Positions 1 through 11,900 of a DNA stretch of 64,000 bases are shown in pieces. The position numbers and the translations under genes were made by a program. Within the stretch, counting starts at the first letter, position 1; the number at the start of each line of letters is the position of its first letter. The notes below the pieces were generated by a model. The model saw only the letters and a list, made by a program, of their open reading frames with translations, made no database searches and was not told the origin of the DNA. This DNA comes from Paraspadella gotoi (taxonomy: Eukaryota; Animalia; Chaetognatha). Location: NCBI GenBank assembly GCA_051294375.1, contig CM119271.1, positions 12,887,039 through 12,951,038 of the forward strand, given 5' to 3'.

Positions 1-340
1 TTTGTGATCACCTGACTGTAGTTTTGCGTGACGTGGTCACGTGACTACATAAGTATGAAACGCATGCACAAGAAGTATTTCAAATGTAATGTCCTACCTG
101 TCTACCAAGTATTAACTAAAATAACTTTCTTAGCCCGTGCATCGGAATTCCGTCTTTTATTTCAGTCTCTTAGATTCCAGGTTTTTTCCTGTCTTAACTA
201 TACTATAGAGCCAAACTATACTTAGGGTTAGGGTTAGGGTTATAAGCATTTTGAACAAAAGTGGGATAGACCTACCGTCATATCGACCGACCGATAGACC
301 GACCAAAAAGTGACTTGTAGAGTTGCTCCGCGAGTACTCG
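1..340 (+). mobile_element. HINE/DINE-1-like non-autonomous element family 1 (5' end cut by the window edge)
   Basis: Shares TAACTTTCTTAGCCCGTG...GCATCGGAATT...AAGTGGGA..GACC(GACC)n..AAAAAGTGACT and the start of the 3' hairpin AGTTGCTCCGCGAGTACTCG with about nine other copies in the window; contains (TTAGGG)3 at 222-239. Confidence 0.7.
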
Positions 341-639
341 GGAAAGGGAAGGGAAAAAAAAGTGACGGTCGGTATAAAAACGAAAGAGGACGAGAGGGCG
401 AAGGCTCTTGGCGACATCGTCGTCGTCATCGTCGTTGTCGTCGTCGTTGTCGTCGTCGTCACCGTCATCGCACACGCTCAGACCATTATCCTGCGTAACG
501 CTCTTATCAAGATAATACTGTTACAACTTTATTCGTCCAACGAGTAAAACACTGTTTACAATTACACCGAGGAAGGACAAACATCCAATTCCACATTTTT
601 CTTCGGTTTCGTCTTTTCAGGTGAAACCGAAAACGAGGC

Positions 640-705
640 AGTAAAAAAAATGGCGGCCATTTTGGCGGGAATCCGTTTGCGTTCGGGCGTCGCTTAGCAA
701 CGTCC
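640..705. promoter_or_regulatory. CpG-rich promoter-like cluster (YY1, E2F-like and RFX X-box motifs)
   Basis: AAAATGGCGGCCATTTT (YY1-like core on both strands, ~647-663), TTTGGCGGGA (E2F-like, 661-670) and GTCGCTTAGCAAC (RFX X-box-like, 689-701) within a local GC-rich island. Confidence 0.45.
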
Positions 706-1405
706 CGACGCAGCGTGAAAATATCGCTGGCGCCAAAAGTGAGAGAGAGAGAAGAGATAAACCATTGAATAAATTGTGTGTTGCTTTCTGTTGTGCTTTT
801 TTTTAGGTTGTGTTATTTATTGTGTTGTATATGGTAAGTCGGTGTGTTGTGTTAAGGCAACTGTTGTGCGTTGTGCCGTTTTTATCCTTTGTGTTATATT
901 GTGCTGCGAGAGTCGCAACTAGAAAGTGAGAGTCGAAATCCGAAATTCGCATGAGATAAACCTTGGAATCAATCATTCATTTAGTGACCATTCACGCAAC
1001 AATTCTTTCACTCATTCGCTAACTTATTCAGTCACTCATTCGCTCACTGTCTCACTTATTGTCAAGTCACCAATTTACTCACAAACTCGTCTTCTATAAT
1101 CTTCGATAATCTTTTTCACGATGAAAAGATTCTCACCGCGAGACATTTTGTGAACGGATCAGTCATTTTGTTCATTTTGGCGAGTGATTGTCTTCGTCGT
1201 CGTCTTCGTCTTCGTCGTCGTCGTCGACATCGTAGTCGTCGTCGTCTTCTTCAACGTCGTCGTCGACATCGTCGTCGTGGTCGTCGTCTCAAACGGAAAT
1301 ATCTTTTCAAGGTCAAAGTTTCGTGAGAAGAAATTTGTCTTTAAAGTCGATTAAGCAGAATAAGGAAATATATCTCTTTTTTTCTTAATCATAAGAAAAA
1401 GAAAA

Positions 1406-1436
<31 letters not shown>

Positions 1437-1446
1437 GGTAAAAAGG

Positions 1447-1905
1447 ATATAAAATTATCCATTCAGTTAATAAACAAATAATGTCCCAGACTTTGGACCG
1501 GCTATTGTTTTTTAAGGCCTCCTTCTCTCTTACAAGGTAATAATATTGCAAGACCCTGTAATCTTTAAATCGAGACTCTTTCAAAGTCTGGTTTATTAAC
1601 TTGCAGAGTACCTGGCCTCCCTATCAATAAATTTATATAATGTATTTTAATAATACTTAAGCTTAAGGTAGTGGTCTTTTCATAAAATTGAAACATTCTT
1701 TGAAATATTATACCACTTCATTGATAGGGAAGCCAGATAATCTGGGAGTGAATAAACGAGACTGAGAGAGAGTCTTGATCAAAAGCTTGCAGGGACATGC
1801 TATGTCATTATCTTGTAAGAGTAATTGAGGCCTTAAACCACCAAAGCCTGTCCAAAGTAAGGGGCAAGATAGCTTATTTATTAAATGAATGGGTAATTTT
1901 TATAT
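1447..1905. mobile_element. Diverged foldback MITE with ~200-bp imperfect inverted arms
   Basis: Nested complementary blocks: AAAATTATCCATTCA/TGAATGGGTAATTTT, ACTTTGGAC/GTCCAAAGT, TTAAGGCCTC/GAGGCCTTAA, TCTTACAAG/CTTGTAAGA, CCCTATCAAT/ATTGATAGGG. End fragments recur at ~5145-5185 and ~19257-19300. Confidence 0.65.
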
Positions 1906-3330
1906 TGGTTGTACAAGTTTTTTTTACATCTCTTGTCGCGTGACATTTCGCCTCATGTCATGATTCTAAGTTGGATGATGACGAGGATGAGAAGGAGGAA
2001 GAGAAAGAGGAGGATGAGGAAGAGGAGGAGAAGGAAGAGGAGGAAAAAGAGGAGAATACCTAATATATTGGATGCACGCAATAATTCCTTACTTTTATCC
2101 CCTTTTCTACTGATTTCGATCGACAATTTTTTAGCACGAACCTCAGAAAAGGTCGATGGGCGTCGAGTAAACAGCCTCGTGGCAACCTTAAATCTTGAAG
2201 CCCCGAACCGGCACGGCTCGGGAAAAAGTCTAGACGGCTTCTTGCAGCCTTAACGTTGAGCCAGCGAAATTCTGAAATTGTGACTGGAAATTTATTTTTT
2301 TTTTAAACTCAAATTTTCCTTGTAAAAAATAAAAACTAATGAAGACTCGAAATGTTTTTAGAGTCGAAACATGTCTGCATTATAAAATAAAATCGCATAT
2401 TACAAAATAAAAAAAATCGTTGTTAATAAACCTATTAAATTCTTTGTCAAGACTGGAAATTTGAAGCGGAAATTTGTATTGGGCAGAGCGATCGAAATAA
2501 TTCAATTCTTCAGAATAAGTAGCATTGTTGTTTTTCCTTTTTCCTTTCAGAAAAAAACAAGTTTTTTTGAAAAAGAATTCAGAGGGGAAAAAATCGATTT
2601 AAAAAAAAAAAACAAACAAAAAAACAAAACAAAAGGGCATAAAGATAAAGTTTGAGTCTTTCTTTTTGTGTAACGTGCCAAGATCGATGTCAAACGTTTT
2701 AGTGTTGGATCACCTAAAGTTAGAACCGTTGCGTATTAGATTAATTAAAAGGGCACGCATGCAGATGCGAGTGCTAACAGAGAAAACGCCCCTATTACCT
2801 AAATATATTAATGACATGAATGATTTCAAAGTATAGTAGGGTAGTATAGTATAGTAGGGAGAAGAGCCGTCTGCCCTTTCGAATTTTTTTATCATTTTTT
2901 TTCGATCATTTGTCACCGCGACCCATGGCCAATCACCGGCCCGTCTTTTCTGATTGAAATCTAATCTTTATTTTTTTGAAAAAAAAAAGGGAGAACAAAT
3001 ATTATCTCGGGACTTAATATCTTTTTTTATTCAATAAAGGTTTCTTATTTTTTCGACTTTGACCGAGCCTTGAGTTTTAACAACCATCTGCGGTAAAAAA
3101 AAAAAAAAAAAAAAAAAGACCGCAAAAAATTGCATTGTGCGAAATCCAATGTCTAAAGCAAATTCAGAGGATCAACCAAACACTTCTAATCTAACGATAA
3201 TTGATACTTAATAATTGCATTTAATTTACTAATTGATGAGAAAACAGAGAGAGATTAAAAAAACTATTTACTAAATTACGATCAGTACATAATTAACAAT
3301 ACAACATTCTCTTAAAGAGAGAGAGAGAGA

Positions 3331-4935
3331 ATGAGATTCGCTCTCCGCAAACGGCGCCTCCTCTTCCTCCTCTTCTTCGTCTTCATCGTCGTCGTCTTCG
3401 CGTCTCTCCACCGGCGACGCCTCAACTCGTTCGTCGATCGTTTTCTCGTCGAACGGAAGCATCGACTCTCGAGGGTAAGGTTCCTCCGCCGCTGCGCCGA
3501 AGAAAAAGTAAGATTCCTCGTCGTCTCGGAACAGTTGGTAAGGAGCGTGGAGTCCCGACGGAATTCTACGATCAAAGTACAATCGCTTACCCTGTCGCTC
3601 ACCAAATCCAACTCTCTCTCGCCGACAGACTTTCCTCACCTCGCCGTCTTTCGTCATCACCTCTCCCTTCTCCAGCGAATCCTCAGCGAGCCGGAGTTCG
3701 GACCAAACGGTAAGTTCCGCCTCGACGCTCGAGCGATTCGCGGCGCTCCCGGCGTCGAAAAGGCGCCGCTGAGCAACGCCGCGACGTCAAAGGCTCCATC
3801 CAAAATCCTCTACGGATTCTCGATCCACGACGGAACTAGAAACCGTTTCGACGTCTCCGTCATCTACGAACGTCGCGCGTCGAAGGACGACGCCTACTTC
3901 TGGATGCCCTGGTCGCCGAGAGGCGTCGCCATGGCCTTTCCGGCCTTCGAGACGCGACCCGTCGCCGTCGAGGGCTTCGGCGAGACGTTCCAGTCGCCCG
4001 CGAACGCGACGCAGTTTCTGTGGGAATCGGAGTCGGCGGAATTCGTCCGATGCGACGCGGAGAGAAACGCTGGTTTCGCCAGCAAATCCTTGGAGGCGGT
4101 GATGTTGAACGCGACGATGGATGAGGCAAGAATTAAAAGATCGATGGGCTTGATTGTAGGTGGGTTGCGGAAAGGGGGTTGGGAGTTGGGGGGNNNNNNN
4201 NNNNNNNNNNNNNNNNNNNNNNNNNNNNNNNNNNNNNNNNNNNNNNNNNNNNNNNNNNNNNNNNNNNNNNNNNNNNNNNNNNNNNNNNNNNNNNNNNNNN
4301 NNNNNNNNNNNTTATCTATCTATCTATCTATCTATCTATCCATCCATCTTTCTCTCTCCCCCTTACCTCAATCCAAAGCCCTCCGTAAAACAATGTCCAA
4401 CTGGCGCAAACGCAACTGGATCACGAGCGGGACTCTCCTCGGCTGGTATCGCCAATGCTCCCTCATCCCTTACGACCGAGACATGGACACGGCCCAGTGG
4501 ATCGACGACTACGAACCCTGGATGATCCAACACTTCGTCGATCACCCGATCCTCAAACTCTACGTCAAATTCGGAATCCCCGAAGACAGTCTGGAATTCA
4601 AGATGGGGGATCGTCTTCACCAAACGATCGATCTCTTCTGGATGTATCCGTACGGAAGACAATCTTGGGTCGGCTTTCAAGTCTTCGACTCCAAATACAC
4701 GAAAATGATCGCCCTCTATCCGCTCGTGGGGCGAATCTGTTCGGCCGATCTGCACGGGTATCTCGTGTACGTGCCGTGCGACGCTTGGTCCGTGATACGG
4801 ACTCAGTACGGGGAGAACTTGTTCGAACAGAATCCCGGACACGATTACACCAAAGATGGACACAATTATAGAAGTAACGGGACTTGGAGCAAACTGCAAT
4901 GGGAAGGTGGCGAAGTTTATAAAGTTTATCAGTGA
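3331..4935 (+). CDS. FKTN: Fukutin-like (LicD-family) ribitol-phosphate transferase, type II membrane protein, ~461 aa
   Basis: Exons 3331-4159 and 4379-4935 joined by a phase-1 intron (GTA G|gtggg...caaag|CC CTC) that contains the N gap and (TATC)n. N-terminal basic stretch plus hydrophobic anchor (RKRRLLFLLFFVFIVVVFASL). Fukutin hallmarks: WITSGTLLGWYRQCSLIPYDRDMD (DxD), KFGIPEDSLE, IDLFWMY, VYVPCD...YG, NGTWS..W...VY. Orthology versus paralogy is not established. Confidence 0.9.
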   Translation: MRFALRKRRLLFLLFFVFIVVVFASLHRRRLNSFVDRFLVERKHRLSRVRFLRRCAEEKVRFLVVSEQLVRSVESRRNSTIKVQSLTLSLTKSNSLSPTDFPHLAVFRHHLSLLQRILSEPEFGPNGKFRLDARAIRGAPGVEKAPLSNAATSKAPSKILYGFSIHDGTRNRFDVSVIYERRASKDDAYFWMPWSPRGVAMAFPAFETRPVAVEGFGETFQSPANATQFLWESESAEFVRCDAERNAGFASKSLEAVMLNATMDEARIKRSMGLIVGGLRKGGWELGXXXXXXXXXXXXXXXXXXXXXXXXXXXXXXXXXXXXXXXXLSIYLSIYLSIHLSLSPLPQSKALRKTMSNWRKRNWITSGTLLGWYRQCSLIPYDRDMDTAQWIDDYEPWMIQHFVDHPILKLYVKFGIPEDSLEFKMGDRLHQTIDLFWMYPYGRQSWVGFQVFDSKYTKMIALYPLVGRICSADLHGYLVYVPCDAWSVIRTQYGENLFEQNPGHDYTKDGHNYRSNGTWSKLQWEGGEVYKVYQ

Positions 4936-5299
4936 TATGTTATATATATATATACGAAGATTTATTTATTGTTTTTTTTTTCAAGTTTTAATTACATTCC
5001 GTTTATATTATTTATAGATATTGTCTTAATTTTCTTGATCGATCAGGAAACGATGTTTAAAAATGTCACAAGTAAACAAGTGATTATCTCGTTAAACTTA
5101 AAGGGATAGAAGACTAAATCCATTACAGTGTGTTCAAAATTATAGGCAAGATAGCTAATTTATCGAATGAATTAATAATTTTATGTTGTTCAATGTTCAA
5201 ACCATTTTCATACATAATGAAATGTTTAATGAGATAAACAGTCGTCATGGCGATCTAAGCTCTTGTTTGATTCATTTAATTTGCATTTCAAAACTTTGA

Positions 5300-5392
5300 T
5301 TTGCCGATGTCGACAGGGCGGATAGCGGGCTGGAACCCTGGACCTTTGGGGGTAAGAGGCGAACCCTGATTAGTTGATTTTAATTCGCCACA
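5300..5392 (-). mobile_element. Diverged remnant related to the tRNA-containing LTR at 52273-52910
   Basis: Minus strand reads TGTGGCGAATTAAAATCAACTAATC...TTCGCCTCTTACCCCCAAAGGTCCAGGGTTCCAGCCCG, versus LTR TGTATGGTGGACTAAAATCCACCAATC...TTCGCCTCCCAACCCAAAGGTCCGGGGTTCGAGCCCG. Confidence 0.5.
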
Positions 5393-5929
5393 CGATAATC
5401 CACAACGTCGGTCCGTATGTCTGGAGTCTGGTCTGAACTTATCACTTCGCTCGCCTCGGAATTCAGTTGCGATTCCCTTTTTTTACAAGGGGAATTCAGG
5501 CTTAAAAAAGAGGGAGAGAANNNNNNNNNNNNNNNNNNNNNNNNNNNNNNNNNNNNNNNNNNNNNNNNNNNNNNNNNNNNNNNNNNNNNNNNNNNNNNNN
5601 NNNNNNNNNNNNNNNNNNNNNNNNNNNNNNNNNNNNNNNNNNNNNNNNNNNNNNNNNNNNNNNNNNNNNNNNNNNNNNNNNNNNNNNNNNNNNNNNNNNN
5701 NNNNNNNNNNNNNNNNNNNNNNNNNNNNNNNNNNNNNNNNNNNNNNNNNNNNCGCCGCCGCCGCAGCCGCCGCCGCTGCCAACCGAACTTACCCGAGGTT
5801 AAACCCGAATTTTACGGCCGACGTTTTCAAAGAGTTGAGTCCGACGTCGCCAGAGACGCCACGAAGTCCCGACGTCTCGTACAACTAAGACGATTATGCG
5901 GGCGATGGGACGAAAGCGGGAGGCCAACG

Positions 5930-6415
5930 CTATATGGCCGCATACTAAGCTCATAGTAATTTATACTACGTCATACTTAGCTCATGCGAAGCTGTACGTA
6001 TTCTTTATTTTTTCATACTTAGCTGTACTAACCCTTTCGGCTTTATACTTAGGGCATACTAAGCCTTACTGCGTCATACTAAGCTCATACGAAGCCGTAG
6101 GCCTTTCGTTGCTCATAATACGCCATACCACGTCTTTCTTAGCTCATGCTATGTTGAGCGACGTCATACTTAGTTGATACTATTTAGTGGAACGTCATAC
6201 TAAGCTTAAACTAATCTGAACTATGTCATAATTACTTATTCAGCTCATACTAAGCTTTGTGACTTCTTACTGAAAGCATACTAAGTCTATGACGTTAAAC
6301 TGAGTTTATACTCAGCCGTAAGACATCTCTCGTTGCTAATAGTAATCCATACGACGTATATCTTTGCTCATACTAAGCCGTATGTCGTAAAACTTTGCTC
6401 ATACTAAGCAGTAAC
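5930..6415. repeat. Degenerate short-period tandem repeat built on (CGT/GCT)CATACTAAGC
   Basis: Many variants of CATACTAAGCT/CATACTTAGCT recur at roughly 20-40-bp spacing. Confidence 0.6.
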
Positions 6416-6847
6416 ACGCTCTATAACGGAAGAGGAAAAAAGGGGATTTTTAAATAGCGGGATAACGACGGAACCGAAATTAGGTTTAGACAACGAGGTT
6501 AATGTTGTGGATTTTATGGTCGATTCGACGGGACGTCTTTGTGAAAGACGTTACGACGTAGAAAAGAGCGTGTATTATATTATATTTATATTATATTAAC
6601 GACGTTACTGTGAAGTTACCGACGATGGAAGATGCGTTATAAAAAAATAGCACATTATTAACGACGTTACTGATTTTGATGATATTATTGACGGTTATGA
6701 TAAAAAGTTTCATCGATGTTGGAAGGAATTACTAATGATGATGAATATGGATGACGTTATATTTAACATTTTCCCCACAAATTATCAACAATTATAGGAG
6801 CTGTTAATGGCTATGATAGTAACGATGTTTTTTTTTTAAATTAAGTT

Positions 6848-6908
6848 TGTAGATTCGATCCCGGGATTATTCCCCCATGACCTCAGGCTCAACCGATGTC
6901 GCCACTCA
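6848..6908 (-). mobile_element. tRNA-derived SINE head remnant
   Basis: Minus strand AGTGGCGACATCGG (A-box-like)...GGATCGAATCTACA (B-box-like); a related copy on + at ~57525-57584 (AGTGGCGAAATTG...GGTTCGAAACTACA). Confidence 0.4.
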
Positions 6909-7596
6909 GTTACTTTAGGTTATCACACTATAGACATATATCTATATTGATTAGCTTATTCCCTTTTGTTATCATCCAAACAAATGATCAAGCTTTTCTC
7001 CAAACAATCAGCTGATCTGAGACAAATAATTCTTATCTCCTGAGTTCTACTTGAAAACCTTTCACAAATGTTTTACAAATTTAGCAACTCAACTCAAATC
7101 TCGTCTCATTACTAATTTATTAATTATTTGTTACGCTTTTATTAACTTGTTATTAATTGATTAATTAAACTATTATTGCAATGTTTGCCATATAGGATAT
7201 TGCCATTGCTTGCTGGCAAAGCAACGGATATCTATATGCTTTGATTATTTTATTAAGGTCAATTTTATCTTACAAACAGACAAATTGGTTACTGAAACTT
7301 TTATCTCAGAGAGCTTGCTGCGACATCCAACGAATTCATACAGCGACATTCACAAAGTAACCGATGATGCAAAGCGGCTTTTAAACTAATTCAAATTTAA
7401 TTAAATTTAAAAAAAAAATGACGTTAAACAGATTATCAATGAAGTTACCGATAAAGTTATACAGGACGATATTGAGACGTTAATGGCGTTAGAAATGACG
7501 TTACTAATCTCGTTAACACAAGTAACCGACGACGTTACGGCGACGTTACGGGTTTTTATCGTCGACGTTATGCCTCTTTCCCGCTTTACTGTCGTG

Positions 7597-8931
7597 AGAT
7601 ATAAAAAAAGACATTTACTAAATTAACGGATCAGTACATAATTTAACAATCACAAACATTTCTCTTAAAGCTCAGAGAGTGACGAGAAGATGAGGATCTG
7701 CGAGCCGTCTCCGGGCGCAGAACTGGTCGCTCTTCCTCTTCCTCCTCTGTCTTCGTCTTCATCGATCGTCGTTCTTCGGCCGTCTCTCCACCGGCGACGC
7801 GCTCAACTCGTTCGTCGATCGTTTATGGCTCGTCAACGGAGGCAGTGCGACTGCTCAGGGTAAGTTGCCGCGCGCGCGCTGCCGGCGAAAGAAAAAGTAA
7901 GAGTTGGCCTCGGTCGGCTGGCGGAGCAGGTGGTAAGGAGCGTGAGTCCCGGAGGGCGGGAGAGTGGGTCGTGACGATGCGAGGAGGAAGTACGAATCGC
8001 TTACCCTGCTTCGCTCACCAAATCCAACTCTCTCACGCCGACAGACTTTCCCCACCTCGCCGTCTTTCGTCGATCACCTCTTCCGTTCTCCAGCGAAATC
8101 CTCAGTGACACACGAGCCTGAGTTCGGACCAAACCGGTAAGTTCCGCCTCGACGCTCCAAGCGATGTGCCGCGGCGGCTCCCGGTCCGGTCGAAAAAGGC
8201 GTCCGTCTGAAGCAACGCCGCGAACGTCAAAGGCTCCATCCAAAATCCTCTACGGATTCTCGATCCACGACGGAACTAGAAACCCGTTTCTCACGATCTC
8301 CTCATCTACGAACGCTCGCGCGACGAAGACGACGGCCTACTTCTGGATGCCCTGGGTTCGCCAGAGGCGTGCGCCATGCGCCTTTCCGGCCTTCGAAGAC
8401 GCGACCCGTCGCCGTCGAGGGCTTCGCGCAGCTGAGACGTTCCAGTCGCCGCGAACGGCGACGCAGTTTTCTAGTGGGAATCGGGACGGCGGAAATTCGT
8501 CCGATGCGACCGGAGAGGAACGCTGGGTTTCGCCAGCAATCCTTGGAGGCGGGTGTTGGACGCGAGCGGAGGGGATGGAGAGGCAAGAAGTGTAAAAAGG
8601 ATCGATGGGCCTTGATGTAAGGTGGGTTGCGGCGAACAGGGCGTTGGGAGTGGGGGGAGGTGGCTTTTATTGTTTACATATTGTTTATGGCTTAATTAAG
8701 GATTAGGAGTTCTTTATTATTATGTTTTCTTTTTAACCGCGCGGCTGTTTTTGATATTACCTTGTTTAGATTTGACTCTCTCTCTCTCCTCCTCTCTCCT
8801 CTCTCTCTCTTACTGTCTCTGCTCTGGCGTGGTCTCTTCCGTTTCTCTCTCTCACCTCTCCTTCTTACACTCAGAATAGCAATCAATCTCTGTTTATTTT
8901 TTTGCCTATCTATCTATCTGATTCTATCTAT

Positions 8932-8964
<33 letters not shown>

Positions 8965-11900
8965 CATCCATCTTTCTCTCTCCCCCTTACCTCAATTCAA
9001 AGCCCTCCGTTAAACAATGTCCAACTGGCGCAAACGCCAACTGGATCACGCAGCGGGACTCTCCTCGGCCGGTCATCGCCCAGATGCTCCCTCATCCCTT
9101 ACGCACCGCAACATCGGACACGGCCCAGTGGATCGACGGACTACGAACCCTGGATGATCCAACACTTCGTCGATCACCCGATCCTCAGAACTCCTACGTC
9201 AAATTCGGGAATCCCCGAAGACAGTCTGAATTCAAGCATGCGCGGGGATCGTCATGTAAACCAAACGATCCGACTCTCTTCTAGGCATGGTATCCGCTAC
9301 GGAAGAGCAAGTCTTGGCGGTCGCGCGCTTTCCAAGTCGTCGACTTCCAAATACGTACGAAAATGCGATTCGGCCCCTCTATCGCTCGTCGGGCCGAATC
9401 TGTTCGGCCGCATCTGCACGGGCGGTATATCGTGTACGCTGCGTGCCGACGCTTGCGTCCTGATACGACTCAGTACAGGGGAAGAACTTGTCTCGAACAG
9501 AATCCCGGACCACGATTACACCAGAAGATGGACACAATTTGATAGAAGTTAACGGGACTTTGGACAAACTTGGAATGGGCAAGTGGTGGCGAAGTTTATA
9601 AAGTTTATCAGTTGATATGCTATATATATATATATACGAAGATTTAGTTATCTGTTTTTTTTCAAGTTTTAATTACATTCCTGTTGTATTATTTATTATA
9701 CATATTGCTCTTAATTTTTCTTGATCGCATCAGGATAACGATGTTTAAAAATGTCACAAGTAAACAAGTGATTATCTCGTTAAACTTAAAGGATAGAGAC
9801 TAAATCCATTACAGTAGTTTGCTGTTCAAAATTATAGGCAAGCATAGCTAATTTATCGAATGAATTAATAATTTTATGATGTGTTCAATGCTTCAAAACC
9901 AATTTTCATACATAATGAAATGTTTAATGAGCATGAAACAGTCGTCATGGCGCATTCCTAAGCTCTTTGTTTGATTCAGTTTTAATTTGCATTCAAAACT
10001 GTTGATTTGCCGATTGTCGGCAGGGCGGCCGATTAGCGGGCTTGGAACCCTGGACCTATTGGGTGTCAGGTTAAGAGGCGAACCCTTGATTTAGTTGATA
10101 TTTAATTCGCCACACGTATTAATCCACAACGTCGAGGTCCGTATTGTCTGGAGTCTGGTCTGAACTTATACACTTCGCTCGCCTCGAATTCAGTTGCGAT
10201 TCCCTTTTTTTACAAGGGAATTCAGGCTAAAGTAATTGAGGGAGAGAAAAAAAAAAAAAAAAGAGAGAGAGAGAGAGAGAGCAGTAGAGGAGGACGAGCA
10301 GAGAGAGATGGAGAGAGAGAGAGAGAGAGACGTGTCCGAGAGCAGAGAGACTGAGAGAGAGAGAGAGACCCGGCCGACAGAGACAGAGACACGTATCGCT
10401 CCCTTGTTCGGTCGTGCGCGTCGGATTCGTTTCACGGGCGCCGTCGGTCGGGGCGCCGCCGCCACCGCCTCCGCCTCCGCCGCCGCCGCCTCGCCGCCTC
10501 TCCGGCCGCCGCCGCCGCCGCAAGCCGCCGCCGCTGCCCCAACCAACTTACCCGAGGTTAAACCCGAATTTTTACGCGCCGACGTGGTGTCAGGAAGAGT
10601 GAGTCCGACGTCGCCAGAGACGCCACTGAAGGTCCCGACGTCTCGTACAACTAAGACGATTATGCGGGCGAGTGGGGACGAAAGGGCGGGAGGGCCAACG
10701 CTATATGCCGCATACTAAGCTCATACTAAATTATTACTACGTCATACTTAGCTCATGCGAAAGCTGTACGTATTCTATTATTTTTTCATACTTAGCTGTA
10801 CTAACCCTTTCGCTTTATACTCTTAGGGCATACTAAGCCTGTACTGCGTCATACTAAGCTCATACGAAGCCGTAGGCCTTGTTTCGTTTGAGCGACGTGC
10901 CATACTTAGTTGATTACTTATTAGTTGGAACGTCATTACTAAGCTTAAACTAATCTGAACCTAGGTCATTAATTACCTTATTTAGCTCATACTAAGCTGT
11001 GTTACTTCTACTGAAAGCATTGCGTTAAACTGAGTTATACTCAGCCGTAAGAGTCTCTCGGGTTTGGCTAGATAGTAATCCATACGACGTATAATCTGTT
11101 GCTGCGATACTAAGCGCGTATGTTCGGTGAAAGAACTGTTGCTAGTCTAAGCAGTAACACGCTTCTAGGTGAGAGCGGAAGCAGAAAAGAAAAGGGATTT
11201 TTAAATGTAGCGGATAACGACGGAAACCGAAATTAGGTTTAGACAACGAGGTTAATGTTGTGGATTTTATGGTCGAGTCGACGGGACGTCTGTGTGGAAA
11301 GACGGTTACGACGTAGAAAAAGCGTAGTATGGTAGTATGTATATCGTTAGTATTATAGTGTAAGCGAGCGGGGTTGACTGTAGAGTTACGACAGTGGAAG
11401 AGCGTGTATGAGGAAAAAATAGGCACATATTAACGACGGTTAGCTGGGATGTGTTGGATGATATTATTACGGTTTATGATAAAAGTTGGTCATGCAGAGT
11501 GTTGGAAGGAATTACTACATGATGATGGAAGTATGGATGACGTTATATTTAACATTTTCCCGGCCCCAGCAAAGGTTGATGCAACGGAATGGTGATAGGA
11601 GCTGGTTTGAATGGCGTGATGATGCAGTGAACGATGGTTGGTTTTTTTTAGAATTAGAGTTGTAGGGATTCGATCGCCGGGATTACGTGTCCCCCGGATG
11701 ACCTCAGGCTCAAATCCGATGGTCAGCCAGCTCAGGGGTTACTTGGTAGGTGGTATCAGGCACGTAGGGTAGACATATAATCGTATGAGGAGTGTGATTA
11801 GGCGTTAGTTCGCGCTTTTGGTTGATCGAGGTCCAAAGCAAGATGATCAAGCTTTTTCTCCCAAAACGAATCAGCTGAGTCTGGAGGGACGAAATAGATT

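Noticed and set aside
222-241. (TTAGGG)3 as a telomere signal
   Set aside because: Only three units, embedded inside an interspersed repeat copy.
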